A DNA stretch of 64,000 bases from an uncultured Coriobacteriaceae bacterium. Lineage in GTDB: Bacteria > Actinomycetota > Coriobacteriia > Coriobacteriales > Coriobacteriaceae. The stretch covers positions 29,078 to 93,077 of the forward strand of contig CALUOB010000002.1 of the NCBI GenBank assembly GCA_944322175.1. The letters are read 5' to 3'. A model generated the notes under the pieces. It was not told the origin of the DNA and made no database searches. It worked only from the letters and a program-made list of their open reading frames with translations. Made by a program: the position numbers and the translations under genes. This document shows positions 17,292 to 28,100 of this stretch, piece by piece (position 1 is the first letter of the stretch; each line of letters starts with the position of its first letter).

Positions 17292-18464
17292 TCAGCAGGT
17301 TGCTTGCCATAAAATTGCCGCGATGGCAAGCAGGATCAAGATCGTTGGGCCGACGTTTTGTTTCTCGCCGTGATGGAAAGCTACGCGTTGGAGCGCCCGA
17401 TTCTGAAATTGTCGGTATTGTCGGTCCACAAAATCCGATGAAAAGATAATGACCGTCAGCATCGAAGAAATTGCTGCGATTATGAGGGATCCCGTTGAGG
17501 CAAGAGGGTACAGCACCGCACACGTCAACGAAACAAACCTGTGAAAAAGATAGACTGTCAAAGAGTGGCGCCCAGCTTTTGTGATTATCGGGACAGGGCG
17601 ACTAGGCACTACCATCAAGATACCAATTGTTATGAGCGTCGCGCTCAAAAGAAGAAGAAGTCGGCGAAGCATATCAATAGTGCGATTGTCGGCGTAGGCG
17701 TACATCAGCTCGTCTCCGGTATTGAGCTCCATGCGCACGATCAGGAGGACCGCCAAGGCGGAGCCCAAAACTATTAATGCGGCTCCAGCTAGCGACGAAC
17801 GCGGGGAGCCCAGTGTGCCCCGTACCTTCTCTCTCAAGTTCAGCTTATTGAAATAGTAGCCACTCAAGAAGAACGGGTAGAACGCAATGGTTCGAGACAG
17901 TGCGAGTTGATTTGAGATGTCCGTAGTGAATCCGACTGCCAAAGAAAACGCTATGGTTGCGGGCAACGCCATTGGCGACCGAACAATGAGGGGCAGAGAG
18001 AGTCTCCACCAAATTAGTGCCAACAGGTACCAGTAAGAGTAATAAGGAGTGAGCAGCTTGGGTGTGGTGCCGTATACAGTAAAGCAGTAGAGCATCATGA
18101 TGGAGTTGAAGATGATATATGCAAAGAGGATCTGGGTTATCCCTTTAAAAAGAGAGGGCTCAAATCTGTCTTTACTGAAGTAGCCAGAGATGAAGATGAA
18201 CGCCGGCATATGGAAGGAGTAAATTAACTGAACGACGGGACCGATGAACGACTCGTCGCGGTAAGCCCATAAGCCATGGCCGAACACTACGAGTACGATG
18301 AGGATGCCTTTTATGGTGTCAAACGAAGGGTCTCTTTCGCTGCGCTTCTTCTTTGCTATGACAGGGCACATCTTATGCTTCTCAATCTTCGAATAGAGAC
18401 AGTCAGAACCGAATATGTCTAGGCGAGAGGGGAGAAAAGACGAGCGAAGCGCTAAGTGCCGCAC
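17292..18464 (-). CDS. Acyltransferase family 3 (membrane O-acyltransferase)
   Basis: Polytopic membrane ORF with the N-terminal FDTIKGILIVLVVFGHGLW motif of acyltransferase_3. The GTG start at 18464 is uncertain; an ATG at 18371 is an alternative. Confidence 0.75.
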   Translation of the reverse strand: MRHLALRSSFLPSRLDIFGSDCLYSKIEKHKMCPVIAKKKRSERDPSFDTIKGILIVLVVFGHGLWAYRDESFIGPVVQLIYSFHMPAFIFISGYFSKDRFEPSLFKGITQILFAYIIFNSIMMLYCFTVYGTTPKLLTPYYSYWYLLALIWWRLSLPLIVRSPMALPATIAFSLAVGFTTDISNQLALSRTIAFYPFFLSGYYFNKLNLREKVRGTLGSPRSSLAGAALIVLGSALAVLLIVRMELNTGDELMYAYADNRTIDMLRRLLLLLSATLITIGILMVVPSRPVPIITKAGRHSLTVYLFHRFVSLTCAVLYPLASTGSLIIAAISSMLTVIIFSSDFVDRQYRQFQNRALQRVAFHHGEKQNVGPTILILLAIAAILWQATC

Positions 18465-18490
18465 TTCGCTCGCTGGTCAACTTCTGCCTA

Positions 18491-21400
18491 TCATCGCTTG
18501 CTGAACAACCTGTTGAATAACCCTTTCTTCTTTGGCTTCTCTTCGGGGTCATGGAGCTCGTCTCGGATGGGCTTCGCTTCCTCGATGACGATTGGGTCTA
18601 GCTTGGTCGGGGTAATTCCTGCAAGCCGTTCAATATCGAAGAGATACGGTTCATACATGAACTTGCGGCCAACTTGGTCGGGGGACTGCATTACATCGAA
18701 TCCTGGCAGGCAGTTGCCTTCCACGTACTCGATTGTGTGATTCTTGGTGATAGCGATGTCCCAGCCAATGTGCCGTGTTTCTGGCATGCGCTTGGCACAG
18801 TCCAATACCGCTTTTTTAATCTCATCCCACATCGGGTACTGGAACCCGAGAATCGCTTTTCCGGAATCTGGGTGGACGGGGCTCCGCTGGTGATACATGT
18901 CGATTGCCTCGGAGATGATCACGCCCGATTCTATGTCGACAACTGCACCAACGCCGCCGCTATGGAAATTGTCGGCAACGTTACCAGACCTGCCAAAACG
19001 TGCCGTTGCCAGCGTAATGCGAGGCGTACCGTCAGCGCAGAGCAAAGTAGTCACTCGCACGGTATTCAGCGTGCTCGCGTTGAACTCTGCAAGTTCGTCG
19101 CATTGCTGAATAAGTTCTTCGCAGACGAGCTTCTCACTGCGACACATTCTATAGACTTCAGCTACGTCGCGATCTGAAGCATCGACCACGCGCGCTCCGG
19201 CGCCTCCCGCGCCATCGGGCAGCTTCGCAAAAAACCGCGGATGTTTGTGGACAAACTGCTCGAATTCTTCAAAGGAACAGGTCTGCGAGACGAGCCAGTC
19301 GCGTTGGACGTAATCGGGGAATAAGGCGTTGAACTCCCTTTTCGAAAACAGGTGTCGAAGCGAGGTGGGGGTGCACGCTTTTGCAACGCGACGCCGGTAT
19401 CCCGCATTCAGAAAAGTGTCGCGTACCTCGGGCTCCTTGTTATAGAGCTCGTAAACGAAGTAGCAATGATGACCGAAGCCGCGATCCCAGGCGTACATGA
19501 TGTAGTCAGCAAAATAAACCGTGAGATCGGTGGTGGTTAGCCTCATGGTTTTTTGCATGCGGTATTCTTCGACAAAATTTCGATACCGTCGTTTTAGCTC
19601 TCTGTAGCTTACGTGCGGCATCTTATCTTTAAGCAGATAGTTAATTTCTCCGAGATATCCGGAAAAACGATCTGCCCCGAGATAGTGTGACGGTGCAAAT
19701 GCACATACCGCATCTTGAGGCAACGGTGCCCCGAGTGCCGCGCAGACAGAGCGAATGGTGGCGGGGTGCGGATCATGAGGACCATTCATTGGCCCCATTT
19801 TAACCTGTGGCAATCGTAGGTGATCAGATGACGAAGGCGTCGGAAGCGGACGGTCTCTGTCCTTCCGACAGTCTATCGATAGCCGGGCGCCTATTCTTCC
19901 CTCGCGCGTCAGCGGCATTCGGGTAAAGCTAATGCCGTGCTGTTTTGCATAGACTTCGGCGAAAGAACCTCTCTCTCCGTAAATGGCGATTTTGGGGCTA
20001 TCTTCAAAAGCATCTGAGGCAATGTCTACCACGCTGGGTGGGATCTTTGCGCTAAGCAGCTTGGGACAATTTGCAAAAGCGCGGCTGCTGATGCTAGTCG
20101 TTGAATCAGGGATTATTATTCCCGTGAGCCTGGGGCAGTCGGCAAAAGCTTCTGTGCCGATTGATTCGAGGCCGGTAAACAGTCGTGCGCTTTCGAGCAG
20201 AGGAGAGCCGGCGAACGCCCTGTCGGCAATAGTGCGAACATTGGCGCCAACATAAACGATTCTCGTGTTCTTGAGCTCTCCAAGACAATTAGATGCCTTG
20301 CGGACTGGCTTTTCATTGACTGTTTTGGGAATTCGAGCAACAGTAGTCGAGTCGATCCATCCAAGCGCCTCGGCGACGTTGTTTTCGACAGTAATGAGGC
20401 AATTATTCTGGAGAGTGCAGGTTTCCGGGGAGTAACCGTGCTCCTGCAGCTTACGGCAAATGTCTTCAGGGATGAGAGTGCTGGGAAGAGTGACGTTATG
20501 CTCGTGTTTTGGGGAACTGGCAAGGTTGTTGACAGCATCGTTCCATGTCTGACTGCCGATAGCGTAGGAAGAATGTGGAGCCGATAGTTCCAACATACTC
20601 TCATCAACATTAAGCAAAGCTGCAACTCTCTCTTGGGTTTCTCGGGAGTCTCCCGCTTGGTCGAGAGGAGACGGGGTTGCAGGAAGGACTACGAATGGAG
20701 CGCCTTGGATATCCTTGGCAATGCGACACGGGATAAACTTTACTTGTGCAGATACGTTGCCAGACGAGTTCTTGCTGAGATCCAGGGCGCAGAGGGTGGT
20801 GTACTGTGCGTTGCGCCTGTTCTCAACAAGGTTGAGGTGCGAGATTAAGTTACCTACCGAGTAGGCCACTGGCTTCTTATTGACATAGTCGAACTTCTGT
20901 AAAACATGGGGGTGCGATCCAATGATGCAGTCGTAACCCATGCGAGTTAATGAGGAGGCTGCATCTATCTGCTTCTCATTCAGTTCAAGACTGTACTCTT
21001 TGCCCCAATGTGGGAAGCAAATTGCGTACTCAACTCCGCAGTCCCGCATTTCTTTCAGGATCGTCTTCGCCAGTTTGTCTGAGTAGGTATTGAGCAGAGT
21101 CGTTCGTCCGGCTTTTTTAAGGTTCCAGTCCATGCGATTGTACGTGAAGGAGAAAGCCGTCAGCCCGACGCGGATGCCGCAGACGTCGACTACACAGAAC
21201 CTCTTGCCAGCGTTCTTGAATGTTCCGGTCTGGATAAAGCCGAGTTCCCGTGCATTGTCGATTGTGGCTACAAGTCCATGGTATCCAGCATCGAGGGTGT
21301 GGTTGTTTGCCGTGGTTAGGGCATCAAAACCCGCATTGCGGAGTGCTGCCAAGTATTCGAGGGGGGCATTGCAATAGAACGGACCCTCATGGGTGATAAT

Positions 21401-21736
21401 CTCACCACGATACGGTGCGTTTTCGTCAATAGGAGTTTCGAGATTGCCGATTGCCAAATCTGACGAGTTGAGAATCCCCTCAATCTGGCTGAAGCAGAGG
21501 GAGAAATCGAAGCCACCGTGCGAGGTTCGATACCCATCGATCATGTTTTCCTGACAGAGCAAATCGCCAGCAATGATGATGCGAGCATGTTCCTTTTGAG
21601 AAGGTTTGAGCTGGCTCCACACGTCTTGATCGCAACGAAAGCGGGGCGTTTTCGTGGAGAGTGCCGCAGGGGAGACGCGGGGTTCTCTCAGCTCATAGCT
21701 TGGGGACTTGAATTCAAACTGGTTTCTTGAGGGCAT
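18491..21736 (-). CDS. Three-domain fusion: CapA/PGA_cap + BspA-type LRR + sugar-transfer-associated ATP-grasp (ATPgrasp_ST)
   Basis: The N-terminal two thirds are paralogous to 15311-17233 (IAGDLLCQ, GNLETP, TTANNHTLDAG, PHWGKEYS, IGSHPHVLQ, then LRR units TIADRAFAG, ESIGTEAFADC, TSISSRAFANC). The C-terminal part (NTVRVTTLLCADGTPRITLATARFGRSGNVADNFHSGGVGAVVD...VHPDSG...IGWDIAITKNHTIEYVEGNCLPG) matches the ATPgrasp_ST layout. Start chosen at the ATG at 21736 (aggag 10 nt upstream); the track ORF extends to 21856. Confidence 0.75.
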   Translation of the reverse strand: MPSRNQFEFKSPSYELREPRVSPAALSTKTPRFRCDQDVWSQLKPSQKEHARIIIAGDLLCQENMIDGYRTSHGGFDFSLCFSQIEGILNSSDLAIGNLETPIDENAPYRGEIITHEGPFYCNAPLEYLAALRNAGFDALTTANNHTLDAGYHGLVATIDNARELGFIQTGTFKNAGKRFCVVDVCGIRVGLTAFSFTYNRMDWNLKKAGRTTLLNTYSDKLAKTILKEMRDCGVEYAICFPHWGKEYSLELNEKQIDAASSLTRMGYDCIIGSHPHVLQKFDYVNKKPVAYSVGNLISHLNLVENRRNAQYTTLCALDLSKNSSGNVSAQVKFIPCRIAKDIQGAPFVVLPATPSPLDQAGDSRETQERVAALLNVDESMLELSAPHSSYAIGSQTWNDAVNNLASSPKHEHNVTLPSTLIPEDICRKLQEHGYSPETCTLQNNCLITVENNVAEALGWIDSTTVARIPKTVNEKPVRKASNCLGELKNTRIVYVGANVRTIADRAFAGSPLLESARLFTGLESIGTEAFADCPRLTGIIIPDSTTSISSRAFANCPKLLSAKIPPSVVDIASDAFEDSPKIAIYGERGSFAEVYAKQHGISFTRMPLTREGRIGARLSIDCRKDRDRPLPTPSSSDHLRLPQVKMGPMNGPHDPHPATIRSVCAALGAPLPQDAVCAFAPSHYLGADRFSGYLGEINYLLKDKMPHVSYRELKRRYRNFVEEYRMQKTMRLTTTDLTVYFADYIMYAWDRGFGHHCYFVYELYNKEPEVRDTFLNAGYRRRVAKACTPTSLRHLFSKREFNALFPDYVQRDWLVSQTCSFEEFEQFVHKHPRFFAKLPDGAGGAGARVVDASDRDVAEVYRMCRSEKLVCEELIQQCDELAEFNASTLNTVRVTTLLCADGTPRITLATARFGRSGNVADNFHSGGVGAVVDIESGVIISEAIDMYHQRSPVHPDSGKAILGFQYPMWDEIKKAVLDCAKRMPETRHIGWDIAITKNHTIEYVEGNCLPGFDVMQSPDQVGRKFMYEPYLFDIERLAGITPTKLDPIVIEEAKPIRDELHDPEEKPKKKGLFNRLFSKR

Positions 21737-21882
21737 ATTAAACGAACTCCTCTTGTCCATTTGTCGAACGTAGTTAAGGGTAGCAAATCGCAAGGGCGTC
21801 TTGGACCGGATGGGCAAACTGGTGCCGCCTGTTCCGCGAGGAAAGAGGGGCGACATCTGAGAAGAGAGCGATCGGCATCTTC

Positions 21883-24783
21883 CTATCTATAGGTGACAAC
21901 TTTGGTGCCGTAGGGAATGTTGTCGTAAATCCACTTGGCGCGGTCGAGGGGAAGTCGAACGCAGCCTTGAGATATGTTCACGCCCATCCTTCCATCCATG
22001 ATGTTGAAAGTGCCTTGGTAAAACGTATTGGAGTGAATGAGGTAGTCTCCATAGAACTGCGTGTAGTAGTAACAGGTGTAGCCATGTCCAAAGGAATACC
22101 CTTTGCCTGTGACCGTGTATTGACCCAGGACGGTTGGGGTACTGTAGGCGCCGGTGGAACATATCCAGAACTTACTTTGATTCCAGGCGCCGGCACGTCC
22201 CCTGTAGACCCCAAGATAGTTGTTGGTTGTGTCTACGAGGATGAGCCAATTGGTGGAGCTGCTGTAGCGCTGGGCCTTGCTGGCCATCTTGGACTGAACG
22301 GGATTGACTTTGGTTTTTCCGCTTGTTCCAAATGAGTACTTAACGCCGTCAATTGTATGTGTACCTGTGTACATGATGCCGTTAGATCCGAAGTAGGACC
22401 ATTTCCCGTCCGAATTCCAGTACAGCCAGCCAGTATGCATGGAGCCGTCGCTGTCAAAGTAGTACCGCTTACCATCTATGGTCTGATTGCGAAGCAGCGC
22501 CCTGCGGCGCACGTCGGACGGGTTGAAGTAGTAGCGCTTGCCGCCGATGGTCCACCAGCCCTTGCCGGCCGCTCCGCCGTGCTTGGGGGAGAAGTACGAG
22601 CGCCTCCCGTCCGTCCAGGTGTGCCATCCGGTCTGAACTGCCCCGGTCGAGCCGAAGTAGTAGTACTTGCCGTCAACGGGGTTGCCGTAGCGGTACGCGC
22701 GGCGGCTGTCCCCGAAGTAGTAGCGCCTGCCGCCGAGGGTCCACCAGCCCTTGGCGGCCGCTCCGCCGTGCTTGGGGGAGAAGTACGAGCGCCTCCCGTC
22801 CGTCCAGGTGTGCCATCCGGTCTGGGCGGCGAAGGTCTTGTCGTCGAACAGGTAGAGGGAGCCGTCGATCCATTGCTCGTCGGAGAGGGCCCTGCGGCGC
22901 ACGTCGGACGGGTTGAAGTAGTAGCGCTTGCCGCCGATGGTCCACCAGCCCTTGCCGGCCGCTCCGCCGTGCTTGGGGGAGAAGTACGAGCGCCTCCCGT
23001 CCGTCCAGGTGTGCCATCCGGTCTGAACTGCCCCGGTCGAGCCGAAGTAGTAGTACTTGCCGTCAACGGGGTTGCCGTAGCGGTACGCGCGGCGGCTGTC
23101 CCCGAAGTAGTAGCGCCTGCCGCCGAGGGTCCACCAGCCCTTGGCGGCCGCTCCGCCGTGCTTGGGGGAGAAGTACGAGCGCCTCCCGTCCGTCCAGGTG
23201 TGCCATCCGGTCTGGGCGGCGAAGGTCTTGTCGTCGAACAGGTAGAGGGAGCCGTCGATCCATTGCTCGCCGGAGAGGGCATAGCCATCTTCGCCGAAGT
23301 AGTAACGCTCTCCGTCAACCTCTGCCCATTCGGAAGAAGCCCATGAGCCGTCGTCTTTTACCAAGCGCAAGCCAGACTCATCGAACACGAGGTTGCGTTG
23401 CGGGATGGAGACCGAGGAGATTGCCTCCGCATCGGCAATGCCGAGCTTTTTCAAGTTGCTCTCTTCTTTAAGAAATGCAGCGTCAGAAGCATTGTCAATA
23501 AAACCATGCTCGATAAGAACTGCCGGAATCCCGTATTTTCTCGAGTTTCGAATTACTGACAAATAGTCCCCTGCGCTTCCGTCAGGGTTGCTGGAGTGGT
23601 AATCGGACATGAGTCCGCGGCTGTCAAGCCCCAGCGCTTCAAGCTTATCGATGATGTTGTTTCCAAGGGTTTCACCAAACTCGTGAAACGATGAATACCA
23701 GGTACTTTTTGCTGGGATCCAGACCTCTACACCTTGGCCACCACCAGAGTCGATGTGGAAGCTGACGAACAGGCGGGCATTCTCCCGTCGGGCTATATCA
23801 ACTCGCTCTTCAAGACCTACGTAGGAGTCGTCGGTCCGCGTCATGAGAACGTCGTAGTTGTTCGACTCGAGCTCATCTTTGCAATAGCTTGCAATTTTAA
23901 GATTGATCTCTGACTCGACTATTCCATTGGCTTCCGCGCCGGAATCCCACCCTCCGTGGCCAGGATCAAGGGCAATCGTAGATGAAGTTGCTTCAGACAT
24001 TGTGCTAGGGACAGAGGCTTCTGCATCGTTTATCGCGTCTTCGAGGCTGTCGCTGCTGCCTACCTCGCCATTGGAATTAACGGTCAAATATGTCGAGTCG
24101 ACGTCCGTGGCCTGTGCGTCGCCGTTTGGGAGCACGACAAAGGTTGCTGAGTCCGCTTGATCAGAAATGTCTACTGTAACTGTCTGCCGCGCATTCGAAT
24201 ATTCAAGCGCAACAAGACCATATGCGGTTGAAGCGGTGTTTTCGTCACAGACTATCTCGAACAGCAGGGCATCGTCAGCGAAGGTAGCGGCAGAGACTTC
24301 ATAGCGATTGCCGTCAAGGTCGCAGTAGGTCAACGATGCCGAGATGGGCGCTGATCCATCTTCAAGGCCCACAGCGATTCTTTCAACGGAGCCAATTCTG
24401 ACTTCGGGAGACTCAATATAGAGGAAAGCGATTGCATCACGAGAGGACTTCTGAGAAACCAGCGTCTCGTTATTTGCTGTTTCGAGGTGTTGTTCGGATT
24501 CCTCGGCAGCGTCGAGGGGCTCTTTTTCGGAAGACTCTAGCTCTATTGAATCTTGCTCAGGGGCTTCCGTTGCGGTGCCGTCGGTGTCTTTGGCTGGAGA
24601 CGCTCCACGTACGTCGGCCGCCTCAGCACTTTCGTCTCGATCGGTGTTTTGGAATACCGTGGAGTCGGTTTCCTGAGAGAGGTCATCTGCGTACAAAGTG
24701 GGGCAGAACCAAACAATAGCGGTAAAGATAAAGAGCATCAGCAGGATAGTGCGGCCAATGGGTGCAGCGGTTCGTTTCGTCAT
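21883..24783 (-). CDS. Secreted N-acetylmuramoyl-L-alanine amidase (Amidase_3) + cell-wall-binding repeats + C-terminal L,D-transpeptidase (YkuD) domain
   Basis: Start at the ATG at 24783 (GGAGG upstream) gives a signal/anchor sequence MTKRTAAPIGRTILLMLFIFTAIVWFC. Amidase_3 motifs: IALDPGHGGWDSGA...LFVSFHIDSG. Choline-binding-type repeats: GWHTWTDGRRSYFSPKHGGAA, GKRYYFDSDGSMHTGW. YkuD motif: YLIHSN...SQGCVRL. Confidence 0.85.
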   Translation of the reverse strand: MTKRTAAPIGRTILLMLFIFTAIVWFCPTLYADDLSQETDSTVFQNTDRDESAEAADVRGASPAKDTDGTATEAPEQDSIELESSEKEPLDAAEESEQHLETANNETLVSQKSSRDAIAFLYIESPEVRIGSVERIAVGLEDGSAPISASLTYCDLDGNRYEVSAATFADDALLFEIVCDENTASTAYGLVALEYSNARQTVTVDISDQADSATFVVLPNGDAQATDVDSTYLTVNSNGEVGSSDSLEDAINDAEASVPSTMSEATSSTIALDPGHGGWDSGAEANGIVESEINLKIASYCKDELESNNYDVLMTRTDDSYVGLEERVDIARRENARLFVSFHIDSGGGQGVEVWIPAKSTWYSSFHEFGETLGNNIIDKLEALGLDSRGLMSDYHSSNPDGSAGDYLSVIRNSRKYGIPAVLIEHGFIDNASDAAFLKEESNLKKLGIADAEAISSVSIPQRNLVFDESGLRLVKDDGSWASSEWAEVDGERYYFGEDGYALSGEQWIDGSLYLFDDKTFAAQTGWHTWTDGRRSYFSPKHGGAAAKGWWTLGGRRYYFGDSRRAYRYGNPVDGKYYYFGSTGAVQTGWHTWTDGRRSYFSPKHGGAAGKGWWTIGGKRYYFNPSDVRRRALSDEQWIDGSLYLFDDKTFAAQTGWHTWTDGRRSYFSPKHGGAAAKGWWTLGGRRYYFGDSRRAYRYGNPVDGKYYYFGSTGAVQTGWHTWTDGRRSYFSPKHGGAAGKGWWTIGGKRYYFNPSDVRRRALLRNQTIDGKRYYFDSDGSMHTGWLYWNSDGKWSYFGSNGIMYTGTHTIDGVKYSFGTSGKTKVNPVQSKMASKAQRYSSSTNWLILVDTTNNYLGVYRGRAGAWNQSKFWICSTGAYSTPTVLGQYTVTGKGYSFGHGYTCYYYTQFYGDYLIHSNTFYQGTFNIMDGRMGVNISQGCVRLPLDRAKWIYDNIPYGTKVVTYR
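22501..23280. repeat. Near-perfect 2 x 390-bp tandem duplication inside the wall-binding repeat region
   Basis: 22501-22890 and 22891-23280 are identical as far as I can read, except for one position (t at 22880 versus c at 23270). Each unit contains two copies of an approximately 85-bp core (ccaccagccctt...ccatccggtctg). The block is clearly more GC-rich than the rest of the gene. Confidence 0.95.
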
Positions 24784-25196
24784 GCGACCTCCGTCCACAA
24801 TAATAAATCCAGTTAGGTAGATAGTAATACGATGGAAGAGGTGCGGCGAAGTGGGTAATGTCGAAATGTAACAGTTGGATATGGCGCGTTCCGCAGCGCG
24901 CCTGCTGCTTGTGACGGTTTCCTGAGAGTGTTCGGGAACAGCTGGGCTAGACAGTCCATGCACGGCACGCACATGCCTTGAAGCGGCTCCAAGAGCATCT
25001 TTCGCTGAGGGCTCCATCGTTTGACGGGCGGCTTACGCACCGTACGAGTTTGATGGGGTTACGTCACCGTTGGGGAGTCTATTTTGCCCGTTTGCAAGTG
25101 ATCGTCATTGTAGCTTGGTTTCAGCTGCTATTCTAATTTCTTAAGTGTCGGTTATCTCGCCATATGACGTATGGCATAGGGACGGAGGGATTAGTC

Positions 25197-28100
25197 GTGG
25201 CTACCTCAGTTCGCTTGCGGAGGGTGTTTGCGGGGGCGTTATGCTTTGCATTCGCGGCACTAGCGTCTTTTGGGCTGCACTCCGCTTTCGCAGCATCGAG
25301 TTCTTGGGAGGGGGTTGCCGACAACGACATTCTTGTTAGCGATACGGTTACCCACCTTGCCAACGGTGTAATCCAACATGAGGTCATTTCCAACAACTCG
25401 AGCGGTACGGACCAGAATATTGAGTATTTTGCCGATATTGATCTAAGCAGTGCGGACGTACAGCTCGTCGCGGGCTACGGTAAAAATAATGCCGATTCAT
25501 GGTCTCTCACGCGTACGACAGATCAGGCAAAAGCGTACGAGAAGGACAACCCGGGTAAAACTGTTGTCGCCGCGGTCAATGCCGATTTCTTTAATATGGC
25601 AACGGGCGAACCCATGGGCGCCCTTGTTATGGAAGGCGAAGTCAAGCATCAGGCGAACGGTCGCTGGTATTTTGGTGTTACCAAAGATGGCAAGGCGGTG
25701 ATTCGCAACACCAACGACCTCAGCGATCTGCAGATGGCGGTTGGCGGAAATAGTTTAACTGCCCAGAACGGCAAAGTGCTAGATCTTCCCGACAATGGGT
25801 TTAATGAGATTAACTATGCGCGTTGCGCTATTGGTATCAAGTCAGATGGATCAGTCCTCACCGTCACAACGCACGGTAATTTTGCGCCAACTTCGTGTGG
25901 CCGCAGCAATACTGAGATCGCTCAGATTTTGGTAAATGCGGGATGCGAGACCGTTCTCGAACTTGACGCAGGCGGTTCTGCGACATTTGCCTCGCGCGCG
26001 GAAGGTGAAGATGAGCTTGCAGTGAAGAATACGCCGCGAGATGGCGCCGAGCGCCAGGTCTCTTCATCTCTGCTGATCGTCTCTACTTCCAAGCCAACGG
26101 GCGTTTTTGATCATGCTTCTATTTTGCCCAACAACGAGGTGTACACTCCGGGCTCGAAGGTCCAGTTCACTGCGAAGGGAATTGACAATGCGGGCGCGGC
26201 AATGGACTTGCCCGAGGGCATACAATTTCGCGTTGCCAGCGATTCAAAGGATCTGGGCAGTATAGACGCTGAAACGGGCTTGTTCGTAGCCGGTGATACC
26301 GAGGGCACGGTCACCATCGAGGCGGTGCTTAATGACAAAACCGTAGGCAGTACGACCATCGATATTGCTAAGCCCGACGAGATTTACTTTGCTTCAGAGG
26401 ATGTGAATCTCGGGTTCGGCGAGACGAGCGACCTCGGCGTCGTGGTTCGTTCAAAGAAACGAGAAATCAACTACAAAGATGGAGATCTCGTTTGGAGTAT
26501 CTCCGACCCTGCCCTCGGTACGTTTGAGGGGAATCTTTTCATTGCTTCGGACGGCTCCGACCTGCATGGTGTTGCTACGGCGACGTCCAAATGGGATGAG
26601 TCTGTCAAGGGTGAGGTCGAGGTCAACGTTGGCGTTCTTCCTACTCAGGTATGGGACTTTGAGGACAAGGTAGTTGAGGACGCTGACGAAGATGGTGATG
26701 GAGAGGGCTCAGGGGAAGTTATTCCTGCCGAGGAGTACTACATCGGAACTGAGGATAAGCCTGGCATTCTTACGCACAGCAATTATGGACGTGGAGGTAA
26801 AGAATCGATTGAGATCGTCAGTATTGATGACGATGAGCCGGTGTGGCGCGGCGAGAACTCTCTGAAGCTCAACTACGATTTCACGGAGTGCGGCGAGGTT
26901 ACCGAAGGCGCATGTATTGGAACGACTGAGCAGTTTGAGATTCCCGGCACCCCGACTGGTATTGGCGTTTGGGTGTACGCTCCCGATGGGGTGGGTATCG
27001 AATACGAAGGTGATGGTTCCCAGGCGGGCTTCTGGCTGCGCGGATATGTTCAGGATGGTGCTGGCAATAATCAGCCCTACGACTTTACCCTTGAGCCGAA
27101 GAATGCCGATGTCGTTAGTGGGGAAGAGCAGCCTGGTATCTATTGGAAGGGCTGGAAATATCTTGAAGCAGATCTGACTCACCTTTCTGCTCCCTACAGC
27201 ATTCAGCCCGGCATGACGTTCCGTCTTATGTATGTTGCCGGCACCAAGATGGGAACTAAGTCTGCGAATGCCATTTATTTTGACAATCTGCAGTTTGTGT
27301 ACGGAACAAACGTCGATGACGTGGACGCTCCGGTCGTAGACAGCATTCTGCTGAACGACGAGGAGCTGGAGAACGGCGCCACTATTGGCAATGGCACGGT
27401 TAACGTCACCGCGACGTTTCATGACGTGGACAACAAATACACGACAGGTATCGATCCGACTACCGTGCGCCTTCAAATCGATGGCGTGAATGTGCTTGAC
27501 AACGAAGACTACGAGTCTGCTTATATGGAAGCGGACAATCGCGTTTATTTATACAATTGCCAGCTGAATGACGGTGTTCACAGCGTGACCGTGTCTATGA
27601 AGGACGGGTTTGGCAATGATGTAAACGAGACCCGTTTCTTTACTATTGATACGGGCAATTCCGATGCGCAGTCAACGGTTTCCGTGACCCCTACTTCTCA
27701 AAGTGCGGTGATAGGTAAGTCCGTTACTTTGGAGGTTCGCTATCAGGGTGATTCGGTGACAGATGCGACCGTTTCCGTGATGCTTGGCAATCGTTTCCCC
27801 GATTACACGGTCGATTTCTCCTCTGATTACGAGGGGTCGTCTTCATGGAGCAATTTGAATCGTACCGTTACCTTGGAAGCGACTCGTAAAGACAATGCGT
27901 CGTTCAGCGACAACCTGATTGCGACCATTAAAGTTGCTATTCCCGTCAATCTAAAAGACGGCGATATGTTCAACTACGCAATTAAGCGCGGTAGCTATAC
28001 CACGGACGATGGATCATACAACACTTTCTCGGAGCCCGAGCAAGAGCTCCCCATCGTCGCTCCGTTGCATATCGAGGCCGAGCCTATTGTCGAGAACCAA

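Noticed and set aside
22501-23280. Possible CRISPR-like or mobile repeat
   Set aside because: The repeat unit is 390 bp with no unique spacers. It lies in frame inside a coding region that encodes wall-binding repeats. No cas genes are present in the window.
22357-23346. ORFs 22357-23346 (+), 22476-23318 (-), 22673-23017 (-) and 23063-23263 (-)
   Set aside because: These are alternative frames of the duplicated GC-rich wall-binding-repeat block. Their own internal repetition simply mirrors the 390-bp DNA duplication.
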